Positions 39,543 to 50,222 of a stretch of 64,000 nt of DNA are shown here, piece after piece. The stretch comes from Candidatus Bathyarchaeia archaeon. GTDB taxonomy: Archaea; Thermoproteota; Bathyarchaeia; Bathyarchaeales; Bathycorpusculaceae. Where the stretch lies: the NCBI GenBank assembly GCA_049515895.1, contig JBEKTQ010000006.1:1-64000 (forward strand). The letters run 5' to 3'. The notes beneath the pieces were generated by a model, which did no database searches, was not told where the DNA came from, and saw only the letters and a program-made list of their open reading frames with translations. Each line of letters begins with the position of its first letter. Within the stretch, counting starts at the first letter, position 1. The position numbers and the translations under genes are program-made.

Positions 39543-40000
39543 TACTTGAAATCCTCTCGGTTGGCTTGCTTGTTTCCGCTTGCTTGGCTCTGTTCCTTGA
39601 CGAAGTCATATACTCTGTTGCTGCTCTATCTGGGACTTTTCTTTTCACAGCATTACTCTACGCTGTAAACGGCGCGGTTTACGCGGCGATTTTCCAGTTC
39701 GCCGTCGGTGTAGGCACATTAGCAATCTTGTTTTTGTCAGGAGAAATGTTAAGCAATAAATCCACAAAGAAAACACCGCCTGCAAAGACTTTCGCCTTGA
39801 TTGGCGCAGGAGTCGTTTTATCATTACCCGCGATCTTTCTGTCAATTTCCAGTTCATCAGGAAACTATTCGCCGGTGTCTTTTGGGGAGGCCCTTTGGAA
39901 TTTTAATGGACTGGACGTTGTCCTACAAGCCTTAGTCATCTTGACTGTCACGCTTGGAATCGCTATCGTTCTATATGAGCAAAGGAACGGTGGGAAATAA
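39539..40000 (+). CDS. nuoJ: NuoJ-like subunit
   Basis: 5 TM; position in operon. Confidence 0.8.
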   Translation: MILEILSVGLLVSACLALFLDEVIYSVAALSGTFLFTALLYAVNGAVYAAIFQFAVGVGTLAILFLSGEMLSNKSTKKTPPAKTFALIGAGVVLSLPAIFLSISSSSGNYSPVSFGEALWNFNGLDVVLQALVILTVTLGIAIVLYEQRNGGK

Positions 40001-40314
40001 TGGACTTTGTCATACTATCAATTGCAATGCTGGCAATCGGAATCTACGGGTTATTAACTAATCGCCAACTCTTGAAAGTCTTCATTTCAATAGAGCTGAT
40101 CGCCACTGCCGCAACACTGAATTTTGTAATGCTTGCCTCTTCTGCAGGTCAAGGTTTAGGACAAGCCCTTCTGATACTAGCGTTTTCAACCGACACCGCA
40201 GTCAGCGCAGTAATTTTGGCGTTGCTAGTCATCGTAACGAAAAAGTATGGGACAAGTAACATCAATGAAATACTAAAAACGCAGGAAAAAACTGAAGTGG
40301 AGGCTGAAACATAA
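40000..40314 (+). CDS. nuoK: NuoK-like subunit
   Basis: 3 TM, SIELI. Confidence 0.85.
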   Translation: MDFVILSIAMLAIGIYGLLTNRQLLKVFISIELIATAATLNFVMLASSAGQGLGQALLILAFSTDTAVSAVILALLVIVTKKYGTSNINEILKTQEKTEVEAET

Positions 40315-42251
40315 TGGCGTTTGGTATTACTATCTCTGCATGGCTAGTTTGGATAGTACCACTTATTGCATGCGTCTTCGTTCCATTGATCGCAAAAAAA
40401 GGCGACAAAATTCGAAACTACTTTGTGATTGCCGTCTCAGTTGTAACAGCAGCCTTGGCGTTATCCCTTGTCCCAAGCGTCTTTTTCGGCAATGGGCAAG
40501 CTACGGAATCAACAATCGCTTGGATTTCAGGCATCAACGCTGGAGTGTACATTGATCCGCTGTCGGTTTTGTTCACGTGCCTTGTTGCCTTCTTCGGGTT
40601 AATTATCGCCATTTACTCTTGGGGTTACATGAAAGGCGAAGAAGGATTGTCACGTTACTACTTCCTGATTCTGCTTTTCATAGGCTCAATGATTGGCCTT
40701 GTGATCACAGACAACTTGCTTCAAATGTTTATTTTCTGGGAAATGGTAGGCTTATGCTCTTATGCTTTAGTTGCTTTCTGGTTTAAACGGCCTCCATCGG
40801 TTAGTGCAGGCAACAAAGTTTTTATTATGACGCGTATCGGCGACGTATCCTTGCTTGCTGCAATAGGCATACTTTACGCGGGTCCTTTAGTTGGCGGGCA
40901 GGCAATTGGCTCATTCAGCTTCCGTGGAATAATCGCTGCTCTTACATCCGCCGCGGGCGCTGGAACTTTGAATACGGGACTCTTGGTTGTTGTGTTCTTT
41001 TTGGTTTTAGGCGGTGCTATCGCAAAATCAGCCCAGCTTCCGTTGTTCACTTGGCTCTACAGCGCAATGGAGGCTCCAACTTCAGTCAGCGCTCTATTGC
41101 ATGCTGCCACAATGGTCAAGGCAGGTGTCTATCTTCTTGCAAGGTTCATACTCATAGCTACAGTAGCTACACCGCTAATTGTTGCGCTTCAACCGCTCTG
41201 GTTCCCAACTGTCGCTTGGATAGGTGTTTTAACGGCGTTAGTTGGCGCCACACTCGCAATCACTACAACCGACATCAAAGGAGTACTAGCATACTCAACT
41301 GTTAGCCAAATCGGTTTCATGATGGCTGGCTTAGGCGCAGCTGTTGCGGGAGCAGCGACAGTCGGCTGGTTTGCAAGCTTATTCCACATGGTAAGCCATG
41401 CTTTCTTCGAAGGCCTTGGATTCCTCCTTGCGGGAGGCATCATCCACGCACTTGGGACAAGAGACATGCGATTAATGGGCGGCTTAAGGAAAGCTATGCC
41501 TGTAACCTTCATTTTGATGCTCATAATGGTCATAACGACAAGCGGTCTGCCACCGTTCGCCGCTTTCTTCAGCAAAGGCTTAATCATCTCAAGCGTAACC
41601 AACATCGGAACCTACGCCAGCCTGATACAGGCAATTCTGCTTTATGCCACCGCTGCGATTACGTTCGCTTACGTGATCCGGATGTTAAGCTTGGTTTTCA
41701 TGGGTAAAGAATCAGAGCATTTAGAAAAGCAGCATCCCCATGAAGCTCCACAAGTCATGCTGATTCCAGGTGCAATCCTCGCAGGGTTATGCGTTATTTG
41801 GGGGTTAGGGATGCCCTTAGTTGTGAACTTTATGCATTTAAACAGCCTTGGAATCTCGCTGCTTGGCTCATTCACTGACATAGAAACACCAATCTTCTTG
41901 GCGCTGCTGGTTCCGACAGGTTTGCTTGTGTACTGGGCTTACTACAAGAACGTCATGGGAATAAGAAGTGTTGGTGGCGGTTCAAATCCAATTGCTACGA
42001 TGCTGAAACACGGTTTCTTCTTTGATGACCTATACTACGCCGTAGCCAAGGGAATCGGAAAGTTTTCTGACGGCCTCAAATATGTCGACGATTCAGCGAG
42101 TCTGGCGTTAGACTCCTTTGCAGGTGGGTTTGTGCGTCTCTCTTTAAAGCTGAAAAAAGTGCCATCTACGACGGTTCAAAATTATATCGCCGCCGGAATA
42201 ATTGGTTTCATACTAATTGTAGTCCTGATAATATTAACGGTAGGGGTGTAA
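40314..42251 (+). CDS. nuoL: NuoL-like antiporter subunit
   Basis: KSAQLPL, AMEAPTSVSALLHAATMVKAG. Confidence 0.92.
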   Translation: MAFGITISAWLVWIVPLIACVFVPLIAKKGDKIRNYFVIAVSVVTAALALSLVPSVFFGNGQATESTIAWISGINAGVYIDPLSVLFTCLVAFFGLIIAIYSWGYMKGEEGLSRYYFLILLFIGSMIGLVITDNLLQMFIFWEMVGLCSYALVAFWFKRPPSVSAGNKVFIMTRIGDVSLLAAIGILYAGPLVGGQAIGSFSFRGIIAALTSAAGAGTLNTGLLVVVFFLVLGGAIAKSAQLPLFTWLYSAMEAPTSVSALLHAATMVKAGVYLLARFILIATVATPLIVALQPLWFPTVAWIGVLTALVGATLAITTTDIKGVLAYSTVSQIGFMMAGLGAAVAGAATVGWFASLFHMVSHAFFEGLGFLLAGGIIHALGTRDMRLMGGLRKAMPVTFILMLIMVITTSGLPPFAAFFSKGLIISSVTNIGTYASLIQAILLYATAAITFAYVIRMLSLVFMGKESEHLEKQHPHEAPQVMLIPGAILAGLCVIWGLGMPLVVNFMHLNSLGISLLGSFTDIETPIFLALLVPTGLLVYWAYYKNVMGIRSVGGGSNPIATMLKHGFFFDDLYYAVAKGIGKFSDGLKYVDDSASLALDSFAGGFVRLSLKLKKVPSTTVQNYIAAGIIGFILIVVLIILTVGV

Positions 42252-42255
42252 TGAA

Positions 42256-43803
42256 ATGACGTTTGCTCTTCTGGCAGTATTTGCAATTCCAACTCTAAGC
42301 ATACCATTTGTATACTTCACTGGAAAGAAATCCCCTAAAGCGGCAGCGATCTTCATCGCTTTAATTGCCCTAGTTAACATAATGTTACTCTTGACAACCG
42401 TTCCAACGATTCTAAACAGTTCAAGTCACCAGTACGTTGAACCCTACACGTGGATTTCTGTAATTTCAACGTCATTCTCACTTTTCGCGGATGGCATAAG
42501 CGTTTCAATAGCCATAGTAAGCCTCATTCTTATTCTCGTCGCGGCTGTGTTCTCAATCTCTTACATGGCTGGAAAAAAGAACTTGCAGGTCTTCTATGCG
42601 TTGCTATGCATGCTTACAGTAGGGTCTGTGGGCGTCTTCCTAACTTCTAACCTTATCCTATTCTACTTCTGCTGGGAACTAATGCTTGTCCCCGCGTACT
42701 TCATAGTGGGCGAATGGGGTTACAAAGACTCATACAAGAAAGCATTCAAATTCTTCATATACACGCATGCAGGCGCCGTCTTCGTGCTCTTAGGCATCGG
42801 AGCAACTTACATAGCGACTGGAACCACGGATATGATAGTGGCTCAACACGCTTTATTGACAGCTAGTCCAGTTCTCATCAAATGGATTCTCATTGCCTTA
42901 ACCATAGGATTCGCCGTCAAAATGGCTGTTATACCGGTCCACATGTGGCTGCCCGATGTTTACTCAGAAGCTCCAGCACCAATGTCAGCGCTATTAGGCG
43001 GTGTTATGATAAGTGCAGGAGCTTACGCAATGCTTAGACTTTCACTTGGAATGGTTTTTCCAGCAGTCGGATTAACATTTGGAACCAATTTTCTGCATGC
43101 GCTAGCCATTGTCGGCGTACTTTCCGCCTTCTTTGGGTCACTCGTATCGTTAGTTTCAACAGACATTAAACGGCTTATTGCCTACTCAAGTATCGCCCAT
43201 ATGGGTTACATAATGTTCGGGCTTTCACTCTTCCCTGCAAACGCCGCCGCTGGAGTAGCTGTACTTCTGGCCTCATCCATCGCGATAACCGGAACTGTCC
43301 TTCACATTATCAGTCATGCACTAAGCAAAGGCCTCCTCTTCCTCACCGCAGGAGGAGTCATGAAGAAAACTGAAGAAAGAGACATCCGCAAAATGGGTGG
43401 ATTAGCATCCAAGATGCCGTTCACAGCGGTGTCATCAATAATAGCAGCGTTAAGCATCGGTGGAGCGCCGCCTTTCGCATGCTTCATCAGTGAATTTCTA
43501 ATATTTGTAGGCGCTTTCCAAATAATAAAGGGAGATTCATTTTACATCATACCCACCGCTCTCATGCTTATAGCGACGGTGCTTTCGCTTGCATACGTAC
43601 TCAGATTCACCTCAAACGTTTTCCTTGGTCAATCCAAGGACGAGACAGACAAAATAATCGAAGAGGACAAAGCGAAAAAGAAAACCTTTGAGGTTTCAAA
43701 CTACATGAAAATATCTTTCGCCATCTTGGTGGTTTTAATTGTCCTTGTAGGGATCTACCCGACATTCTTCCTGAACCTAATCCAGACGGTGAGACTTAAC
43801 TGA
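42256..43803 (+). CDS. nuoM: NuoM-like antiporter subunit
   Basis: WELML, VKMAVIPVHMWLPD, AYSSIAHMG, FISE. Confidence 0.9.
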   Translation: MTFALLAVFAIPTLSIPFVYFTGKKSPKAAAIFIALIALVNIMLLLTTVPTILNSSSHQYVEPYTWISVISTSFSLFADGISVSIAIVSLILILVAAVFSISYMAGKKNLQVFYALLCMLTVGSVGVFLTSNLILFYFCWELMLVPAYFIVGEWGYKDSYKKAFKFFIYTHAGAVFVLLGIGATYIATGTTDMIVAQHALLTASPVLIKWILIALTIGFAVKMAVIPVHMWLPDVYSEAPAPMSALLGGVMISAGAYAMLRLSLGMVFPAVGLTFGTNFLHALAIVGVLSAFFGSLVSLVSTDIKRLIAYSSIAHMGYIMFGLSLFPANAAAGVAVLLASSIAITGTVLHIISHALSKGLLFLTAGGVMKKTEERDIRKMGGLASKMPFTAVSSIIAALSIGGAPPFACFISEFLIFVGAFQIIKGDSFYIIPTALMLIATVLSLAYVLRFTSNVFLGQSKDETDKIIEEDKAKKKTFEVSNYMKISFAILVVLIVLVGIYPTFFLNLIQTVRLN

Positions 43804-43815
43804 AGGTGACTTGCG

Positions 43816-45333
43816 ATGGTTGAAATTATAGATGTCGTATTGCCGATATTCACTTTAGTAATAGCTGCATTGCTGACTATTCCAGTGTTTAGGCTAATAA
43901 GAAAGAGCAATTACCAGACAGCCTTGACCTTAGGCTGGTTCATATCCGTGTTTGCAGTTGCGGGCGCAACAGTGGCTAACTTGGCGCTTAACTATTACAG
44001 TACACCTTCGCCAGGCATTGTTAGTTTAGGCTTAGGTGGCAGTTCCTCAGCGATTTTCTCCAGCGCCTTCTTGGTGGACGCCATATCAATTTTCATGGCA
44101 ATAATCATTGTCGCAATAAGCGCTGTAGTCGTGATTTACACTGTGTTCGCTGTTGACTCTACCGCCCGACCGACGGAACGGTACTTTGCCGTTATGCTAA
44201 TGACGGTTGCGGGCTTGCTGGGCGCTGTCTTGGCAGGCGACCTCTTAACCCTTTTCATTTTCTGGGAAGCCGCAACTGCAGGTGCAGCTTTCTTAATGTT
44301 ATTCAAGAAAAACGTATTTTCCATCAATGCGACACTGAAATATCTAATTGTGGTTATCATTGCGTCGGCTTTCGTGGTCTTTGGGCTTTCCTTAGTTTAT
44401 GTTTTAACTGGAACGCTGAACTACATGGCAGTTGGCCAAGCTTTAACAACTTTAAGCAATAACCACTTGCTGATCATAGCGTTCATCTTTATAGCAGCTG
44501 GCTACGCTATTGAGGCTGCAATTGTGCCTTTTCACTTCTGGCTTCCCGATGCTTACACCGCCGCTCCGGCGTCGTCGGCGGCTTTCCTCTCAGCCCTTGT
44601 TGACCAAGGCAGCTATTACATCCTGATACGAGTACTCTTGTATATTATGGTTCCAAAAGGTCCAAATGCAGTGTTAGACTGGACTGTAATGTTAGCGTTC
44701 ATGGCAGCCTTAGCCATGATTGTCGGCAACTTGTTTGCACTAATACAAACCGATGTAAAACGCTTAATTGCATACATCTGTGTTGCCGACGTAGGCTACA
44801 ACCTGGTAGCCATAACAAGCGTATCTTCACTAGGCATACTTGGCAACCTTTACTTCTTCTTAATCGGCGGCATCACGACAGCCCTCGCTTTCATGACAGT
44901 AGGCATTATAAACAAACATGGATTCAGAAGCATGGATGACTTCTCAGGGCTAGGCAAGAAAATGCCGCTTGTATGTTTAGCCTTGGTGATGGCTGGGCTA
45001 TCATTTGCTGGTGTTCCTCCATTCGGTGGGTTCATAGGTAAATATTTGGTATTCTCCGCCGCAATAGAAGCCAACTTAAGCTGGCTAGCAGTGATAGGTG
45101 TTTTGACAAGTGTCCTTCAAACCGCGTTCTTGTTCAGATTAATCTACGTCATGTACGGAAAGAAAGCCAAAGACGAAACATCCGTAAAAGAATCAAAACG
45201 CATACTCGTCCCAATCTTCATCCTCGCAGGCACACTAATAGTCGTAGGCCTATACCCGCAAATCGTCCTCAGCTTAATCCACCCAGTCGTTAACCAGCTC
45301 AAAACAATAATACCAACACTACCCACAATCTAA
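43816..45333 (+). CDS. nuoN: NuoN-like antiporter subunit
   Basis: PFHFWLPDAY, AGVPPFGGFIGK. Confidence 0.88.
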   Translation: MVEIIDVVLPIFTLVIAALLTIPVFRLIRKSNYQTALTLGWFISVFAVAGATVANLALNYYSTPSPGIVSLGLGGSSSAIFSSAFLVDAISIFMAIIIVAISAVVVIYTVFAVDSTARPTERYFAVMLMTVAGLLGAVLAGDLLTLFIFWEAATAGAAFLMLFKKNVFSINATLKYLIVVIIASAFVVFGLSLVYVLTGTLNYMAVGQALTTLSNNHLLIIAFIFIAAGYAIEAAIVPFHFWLPDAYTAAPASSAAFLSALVDQGSYYILIRVLLYIMVPKGPNAVLDWTVMLAFMAALAMIVGNLFALIQTDVKRLIAYICVADVGYNLVAITSVSSLGILGNLYFFLIGGITTALAFMTVGIINKHGFRSMDDFSGLGKKMPLVCLALVMAGLSFAGVPPFGGFIGKYLVFSAAIEANLSWLAVIGVLTSVLQTAFLFRLIYVMYGKKAKDETSVKESKRILVPIFILAGTLIVVGLYPQIVLSLIHPVVNQLKTIIPTLPTI

Positions 45334-45373
45334 GACAAGCAGTCCCCACAGTTCCAGATGGAATGTTTCTCTA

Positions 45374-46615
45374 TTATTTTCTTATTTGTCCGTTGCCTAA
45401 AACAACGTATTTTGTGGTTGTCAAGTGTTGTACGCTCATGGGTCCCCTTGCGTGAAGTTTCTGGGTGCTGATGCCGATTTCCGCACCTAAACCGAACTGG
45501 TTACCATCGGTGAACCTTGTAGAAGCGTTCCAGTAGACGGCTGCTGAGTCGATTTCGCGTATGAACCGCATGGCTTTATCGAAGTCTGCTGTGAGTATGG
45601 AGTCTGAGTGGTGCGTTCCGTACTTGTTGATGTGCGCTATGGCTTCGTCGAGGTCTTTGACGACTTTTACGCCTATAATGAGGTCTAAGTATTCGGTGTA
45701 CCAGTCCTTCTCAGTTGTCGCTTTCACATCGGGAACGATGATGCGGGTTTCCTCGTCGCCCCTAACTTCCACGCCTTTTTCCCTGAGCGCCGCAATCGCA
45801 ATGGGCAGGTACCTCTTGGCGATTTTGCTGTGGACCAGAAGCTTCTCGGCAGCGTTGCATGTTCCGGGTCTTTGGCATTTTGCGTTTATTACGATGGGTG
45901 TTGCTTTTTCGAGGTCCGCGTCTTCTTCAACATAAACGTGACAGTTGCCCGTTCCCGTTTCAATAACGGGGATACGCGAAGTCTCAACTACCGTTTTTAT
46001 TAATTCTGCGCCGCCTCTGGGAATAAGAACGTCAATGTACTCGCGCATCCGCATCAGCTCCTCAGCCAATTGGCGGTCAGCTGACTTCACCACCTGCACT
46101 GCATCAACAGGCACGCTGGTTCCTAATAGCGCGTCTCTTAGAACCTCGCCTATAGTCACGTTTGAGTTCAGCGCATCTGATCCGCCTCTCAGGATAACGG
46201 CGTTTCCGGACTTAATGCAGATTCCAGCCGCATCGGAAGTCACATCAGGCCGCGACTCGTAAATGATCCCAATAACGCCCAGGGGAACTCGAACCTGGCT
46301 GATTATCAACCCATTGGGTCGTATCCAAGTGTTGATTATTGTGCCGATCGGGTCAGGCAAAGCTGAAACTTCACGAAGACCATTAGCCATGGCTTGAATT
46401 TTACGTTGGTCAAGAGCTAAACGGTCGATCAAAGCGGTTTTGAGCCCTCTATGCACCGCAGCGTCAACATCAGCCAAGTTGGCAGTCAAAATCTTCTCAG
46501 TGTTCGCTTCCAAAGCGTTTGCCATTCTGCAAAGCGCAGTGTTCTTAGCTTCCGATGTAAGCTTAGCCATTTCAACTGAGGCAGCTTTGGCTTTTTTGCA
46601 CAGTTCAATTATCAT
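45374..46615 (-). CDS. proA: Gamma-glutamyl phosphate reductase
   Basis: IYESRP, CNAAE, NASTRFTDG, STQKLHARGP. Confidence 0.97.
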   Translation of the reverse strand: MIIELCKKAKAASVEMAKLTSEAKNTALCRMANALEANTEKILTANLADVDAAVHRGLKTALIDRLALDQRKIQAMANGLREVSALPDPIGTIINTWIRPNGLIISQVRVPLGVIGIIYESRPDVTSDAAGICIKSGNAVILRGGSDALNSNVTIGEVLRDALLGTSVPVDAVQVVKSADRQLAEELMRMREYIDVLIPRGGAELIKTVVETSRIPVIETGTGNCHVYVEEDADLEKATPIVINAKCQRPGTCNAAEKLLVHSKIAKRYLPIAIAALREKGVEVRGDEETRIIVPDVKATTEKDWYTEYLDLIIGVKVVKDLDEAIAHINKYGTHHSDSILTADFDKAMRFIREIDSAAVYWNASTRFTDGNQFGLGAEIGISTQKLHARGPMSVQHLTTTKYVVLGNGQIRK

Positions 46616-47739
46616 TTTTCTTCCCCGATCAAATGGATATTTCTATGCTCCACTGCCTCTTTAGGTTTATCTGCCCCAAGCTTCTTTTGTACTTCAGTTA
46701 CCTGACAGCCTTTAATCAGGTTTAAGTCGCCGCTGGAAAAGTTGGGATTTCCTTTGGCGAATTCAACCTTGCACTCATCCCTGATGCTGACAACGTCGCC
46801 AACGTTAAACTGTCCCACCACACGGGTTATGCCCACAGGCAAAAGGCTTGAGCCCTCAAGAATAGCTTTTTTTGCGCCCGCGTTAACGTAGATTTCCCCT
46901 TTGACAGCGGCGCCGTAAGCTATCCAACGTTTAACAGCTGACATTGGGTTCTGAGGTTTGAAGAAGGTGCCCACGTCTTTTCCCGCAAGAATGTCAACTA
47001 TGACATTTTCTCTTCGGCTGTTAGCTATGACCACGGGTATGCCGCATGAAGTTGCGATTTCAGCAGCTTTGATTTTGCTTTGGATGCCGCCTTTGCCCAG
47101 CTTGCTTTTACCGCTGAGTGAACTTTTGAGTTCAGGCGTTATTGCTTCAACCGTTTTAATTAGCTGTGCACCGGGTTCCCGTGGGTGCGCTGTGAATAAG
47201 CCGTCAACGTCTGAGAGTATAATGGTCATATCGGCGCCGATCGCGTTTGCCAGCAAAACTGAGAGGATGTCGTTGTCGCTGAAATTTTCTTTGTAGCCTT
47301 CCTTCTGACGAAGTTCAGCCACTGAGGTTACGTCGTTCTCGTTGATTATCGGGATAACTCCTGTTTTCAGAAGCATGTTAAGCACATTGCACATGTGCAC
47401 ATACGACGCTCTGTTGGAAAGGTCCTCCGCTGTAAGCAGTATTTGCGCAGCCTTCAAACCATTAGCCTTGAAAAGTTCACGGTACTTCGCCATCAGAACA
47501 CTTTGACCCATCGCAGCTGCAGCCTGCTGAAAAACTACATCGTTGGGTTTAGGTGGAATGCCGAGCTCCGCTATTCCTGCAGCCACTGCCCCTGAAGTAA
47601 CAAGAACCACCTTGTCGCCTTGCTTGGTTACAGCTGCAATTTGGCTGGTTAGTTTCTTCATTTCTTCATCGTCAAGGTTTCCTCCGTCGGCCGTTATGCC
47701 GCTAGTTCCAACCTTAACAACTATCAATCTTGAAGGCAT
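46612..47739 (-). CDS. proB: Glutamate 5-kinase with PUA domain
   Basis: VVKVGTS, SGAVAAG, INEND, DND. Confidence 0.96.
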   Translation of the reverse strand: MPSRLIVVKVGTSGITADGGNLDDEEMKKLTSQIAAVTKQGDKVVLVTSGAVAAGIAELGIPPKPNDVVFQQAAAAMGQSVLMAKYRELFKANGLKAAQILLTAEDLSNRASYVHMCNVLNMLLKTGVIPIINENDVTSVAELRQKEGYKENFSDNDILSVLLANAIGADMTIILSDVDGLFTAHPREPGAQLIKTVEAITPELKSSLSGKSKLGKGGIQSKIKAAEIATSCGIPVVIANSRRENVIVDILAGKDVGTFFKPQNPMSAVKRWIAYGAAVKGEIYVNAGAKKAILEGSSLLPVGITRVVGQFNVGDVVSIRDECKVEFAKGNPNFSSGDLNLIKGCQVTEVQKKLGADKPKEAVEHRNIHLIGEEK

Positions 47740-47911
47740 CAGATAATCCCTTTTAAAGGTTAGAATTGAGATACGCGGCGGTTGCTTAAAAATGCAACCA
47801 AAAAAAACTGAATACTTTTTTGACTGGTTTGTTAAAATTTCTAATTTAATCATACCGTTGCCAAAACGTATTAGAAAAACATATAAGGAAAATGGTCATG
47901 GCTTTTAGAAC

Positions 47912-50146
47912 ATGCTCGTACCCATTCAAGCATTAGTAACATCCAGTGCTAATTCACCATCCCCTCTGGTATTTTGGATTGCTCCATTCGCCGGTGTTAT
48001 CGCCGTGCTCGCTTCACTTTTGCTCATGCGCCATATCGGCAGAATGAGCGCCGGTGGCCCAAAAGCTCAAGAAGTTGGAAATGCAATCCGTGAAGGCGCA
48101 TATGCCTTTTTAAAAAGGCAATACACGACAATCGCTATCATCACGGCAGTAGTATTCGTACTTCTTTGGCTAGCCTTACCAAGTGGACCCTTTAACAAGC
48201 CACCTTATGGTATAGGCACAGCGGCCGCCTTTTTAATCGGAGCAGTTGCTTCGTTGGCTGCTGGCTACATTGCCATGGACAACGCAACCAAAGCAAACGT
48301 CCGCACCGTCGCAGCGGCAAAAGAAGGCGCTGAGAAAGCACTTAAAACAGCTTTTTACGGCGGAGCAACAATGGGTATGGCAGTTGTCGGTTTATCACTT
48401 CTAGGCGTAAGTTTTCTATTCTTGTTATATGGCGGCTACAATGCCATGTTTGGCACGCTGAGTGTTTCCGCCGCTGCAACATTAGGCAGGTCAGCTGCAA
48501 GCGGTATTGTCGGTATGGGTTTTGGTGCCTCATTAATCGCTTTATTCGCCCAGCTTGGAGGCGGAATATACACTAAAGCCGCGGATGTCGGCGCAGACTT
48601 GGTCGGTAAAGTTGAAGCAGGCATACCTGAAGATGACCCACGCAACCCCGCAGTAATCGCCGATAACGTTGGCGACAACGTCGGTGACTCTGCTGGAAGA
48701 GGCGCAGACTTATTTGAATCAGCAACTGGGGAGAACATAGGCGGAATGATTATCGGCGGGTTAATCAGCATCGCGACTGGAAACCTGTTATTTCTGGTTT
48801 TTCCGCTTATTGCTCGAGCTCTAGGAATCTTTGCAACATTAATCGGCATGCCCTTCGTGAAACTCAACGAAGCAGAAGCTAAGCATCCAATGAAAGCTTT
48901 AAGAAAAGGCCTCATGGTAACCACGATAGTCTCGGGCGTTCTATTCCTGTTTGCGACAATTTTCCTCTTAGGCAACGGCGACTTCTCAATGACTTTCTTC
49001 TATCTATACTTCTGCCTGCTCTCAGGCTTAGCTGCAAGCGTGGCAATCGACTACATCACAGACTACTACACAGGAAGTGACCGAGGTCCGGTCGGACGAA
49101 TTGCTAAAGCCAGCCAAACAGGAGCCGCAACAAACATAATCACAGGCTTCGCAGTAGGACTCGAAACAACTGCATTACCCATTGTTTCTCTAGTTATTGC
49201 TCTCGTAACATCCTACTACTTCGGCACACAATTCGCCGTTTCGTGGAACGCTACTCACGCAGCTCATATTACACCCTTTATAGGCGGAATCTATGGAACC
49301 ACACTTGCCACCATGGGTATGCTTGCAGTCATGGGCATGGTTCTAGCCTTAGACGGCTTTGGCCCAATCGCGGATAATGCAGCAGGCATAGCTGAAATGT
49401 CAGGCGAAGGTGGCGCAGAATCAACTATGGAAGCGTTAGACGCAGTTGGAAACACAACAAAAGCCTTAACCAAAGGATTTGCGCTTGGCTCAGCCCTTCT
49501 TGCAGCGCAGTTGCTATTCCAAACATACGCTTCAGAAGTTTCTTCAACAGCAGCTTACGCCGGCAAAACCTTTGTTGTAGACATTTCAAATCCAGCCGTG
49601 CTAATCGCCGGGTTCATCGGGGCGATGCTGCCGTTCTTCTTCTCCTCTCAGGCAATTAGTGCTGTGGGCAAAGCAGCTGCTGAGATGGTGGAAGAAGTCA
49701 GACGGCAATTCAGAGAAATTCCAGGAATCATGGAGGGAACAGGCAAACCTGACTACGGTAAAGCTGTGGACATCAGTACAAAAGCTGCGTTAAAAGGCAT
49801 GGTGCTTCCGGGATTAATCCTTGTGATTGTTCCAATAATCGTAGGTGTCCTTCTGGGGCCTGAAGCTGTAGGGGCATTCGTAATCGGCGCAACCATCTCA
49901 GCTGTTCCTCTAGCGTTGTTCATGAATACTGGCGGTGGAGCATGGGATAATGCAAAGAAATTCATTGAAACCGGCAAATACGGCGGCAAAGGCTCCCCAG
50001 CTCACGCAGCAGCAGTAGTAGGCGACACAGTCGGCGACCCATTAAAAGACACAGCGGGACCAAGCCTTCATGTACTAATAAAACTGCTCAGCACACTTTC
50101 AATCGTGTTCATTCCGCTGTTCATAAACCTGCTACACCTCATATAG
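47912..50146 (+). CDS. hppA: Membrane H+-translocating pyrophosphatase, K+-independent type
   Basis: KAADVGADLVGKVE, DNVGDNVGD, GNTTKA (Lys variant). Confidence 0.95.
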   Translation: MLVPIQALVTSSANSPSPLVFWIAPFAGVIAVLASLLLMRHIGRMSAGGPKAQEVGNAIREGAYAFLKRQYTTIAIITAVVFVLLWLALPSGPFNKPPYGIGTAAAFLIGAVASLAAGYIAMDNATKANVRTVAAAKEGAEKALKTAFYGGATMGMAVVGLSLLGVSFLFLLYGGYNAMFGTLSVSAAATLGRSAASGIVGMGFGASLIALFAQLGGGIYTKAADVGADLVGKVEAGIPEDDPRNPAVIADNVGDNVGDSAGRGADLFESATGENIGGMIIGGLISIATGNLLFLVFPLIARALGIFATLIGMPFVKLNEAEAKHPMKALRKGLMVTTIVSGVLFLFATIFLLGNGDFSMTFFYLYFCLLSGLAASVAIDYITDYYTGSDRGPVGRIAKASQTGAATNIITGFAVGLETTALPIVSLVIALVTSYYFGTQFAVSWNATHAAHITPFIGGIYGTTLATMGMLAVMGMVLALDGFGPIADNAAGIAEMSGEGGAESTMEALDAVGNTTKALTKGFALGSALLAAQLLFQTYASEVSSTAAYAGKTFVVDISNPAVLIAGFIGAMLPFFFSSQAISAVGKAAAEMVEEVRRQFREIPGIMEGTGKPDYGKAVDISTKAALKGMVLPGLILVIVPIIVGVLLGPEAVGAFVIGATISAVPLALFMNTGGGAWDNAKKFIETGKYGGKGSPAHAAAVVGDTVGDPLKDTAGPSLHVLIKLLSTLSIVFIPLFINLLHLI

Positions 50147-50222
50147 GCAAGCAGAAAACTGGGAATATTTTTCCCCAAAAAAAACTTTTTCTTTTTCTGA
50201 ATTCGCACTCGCTAGTTTTTCT

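Noticed and set aside
35699-45333. Canonical NADH:quinone oxidoreductase
   Set aside because: No nuoEFG, and the Ni-Fe ligands are retained
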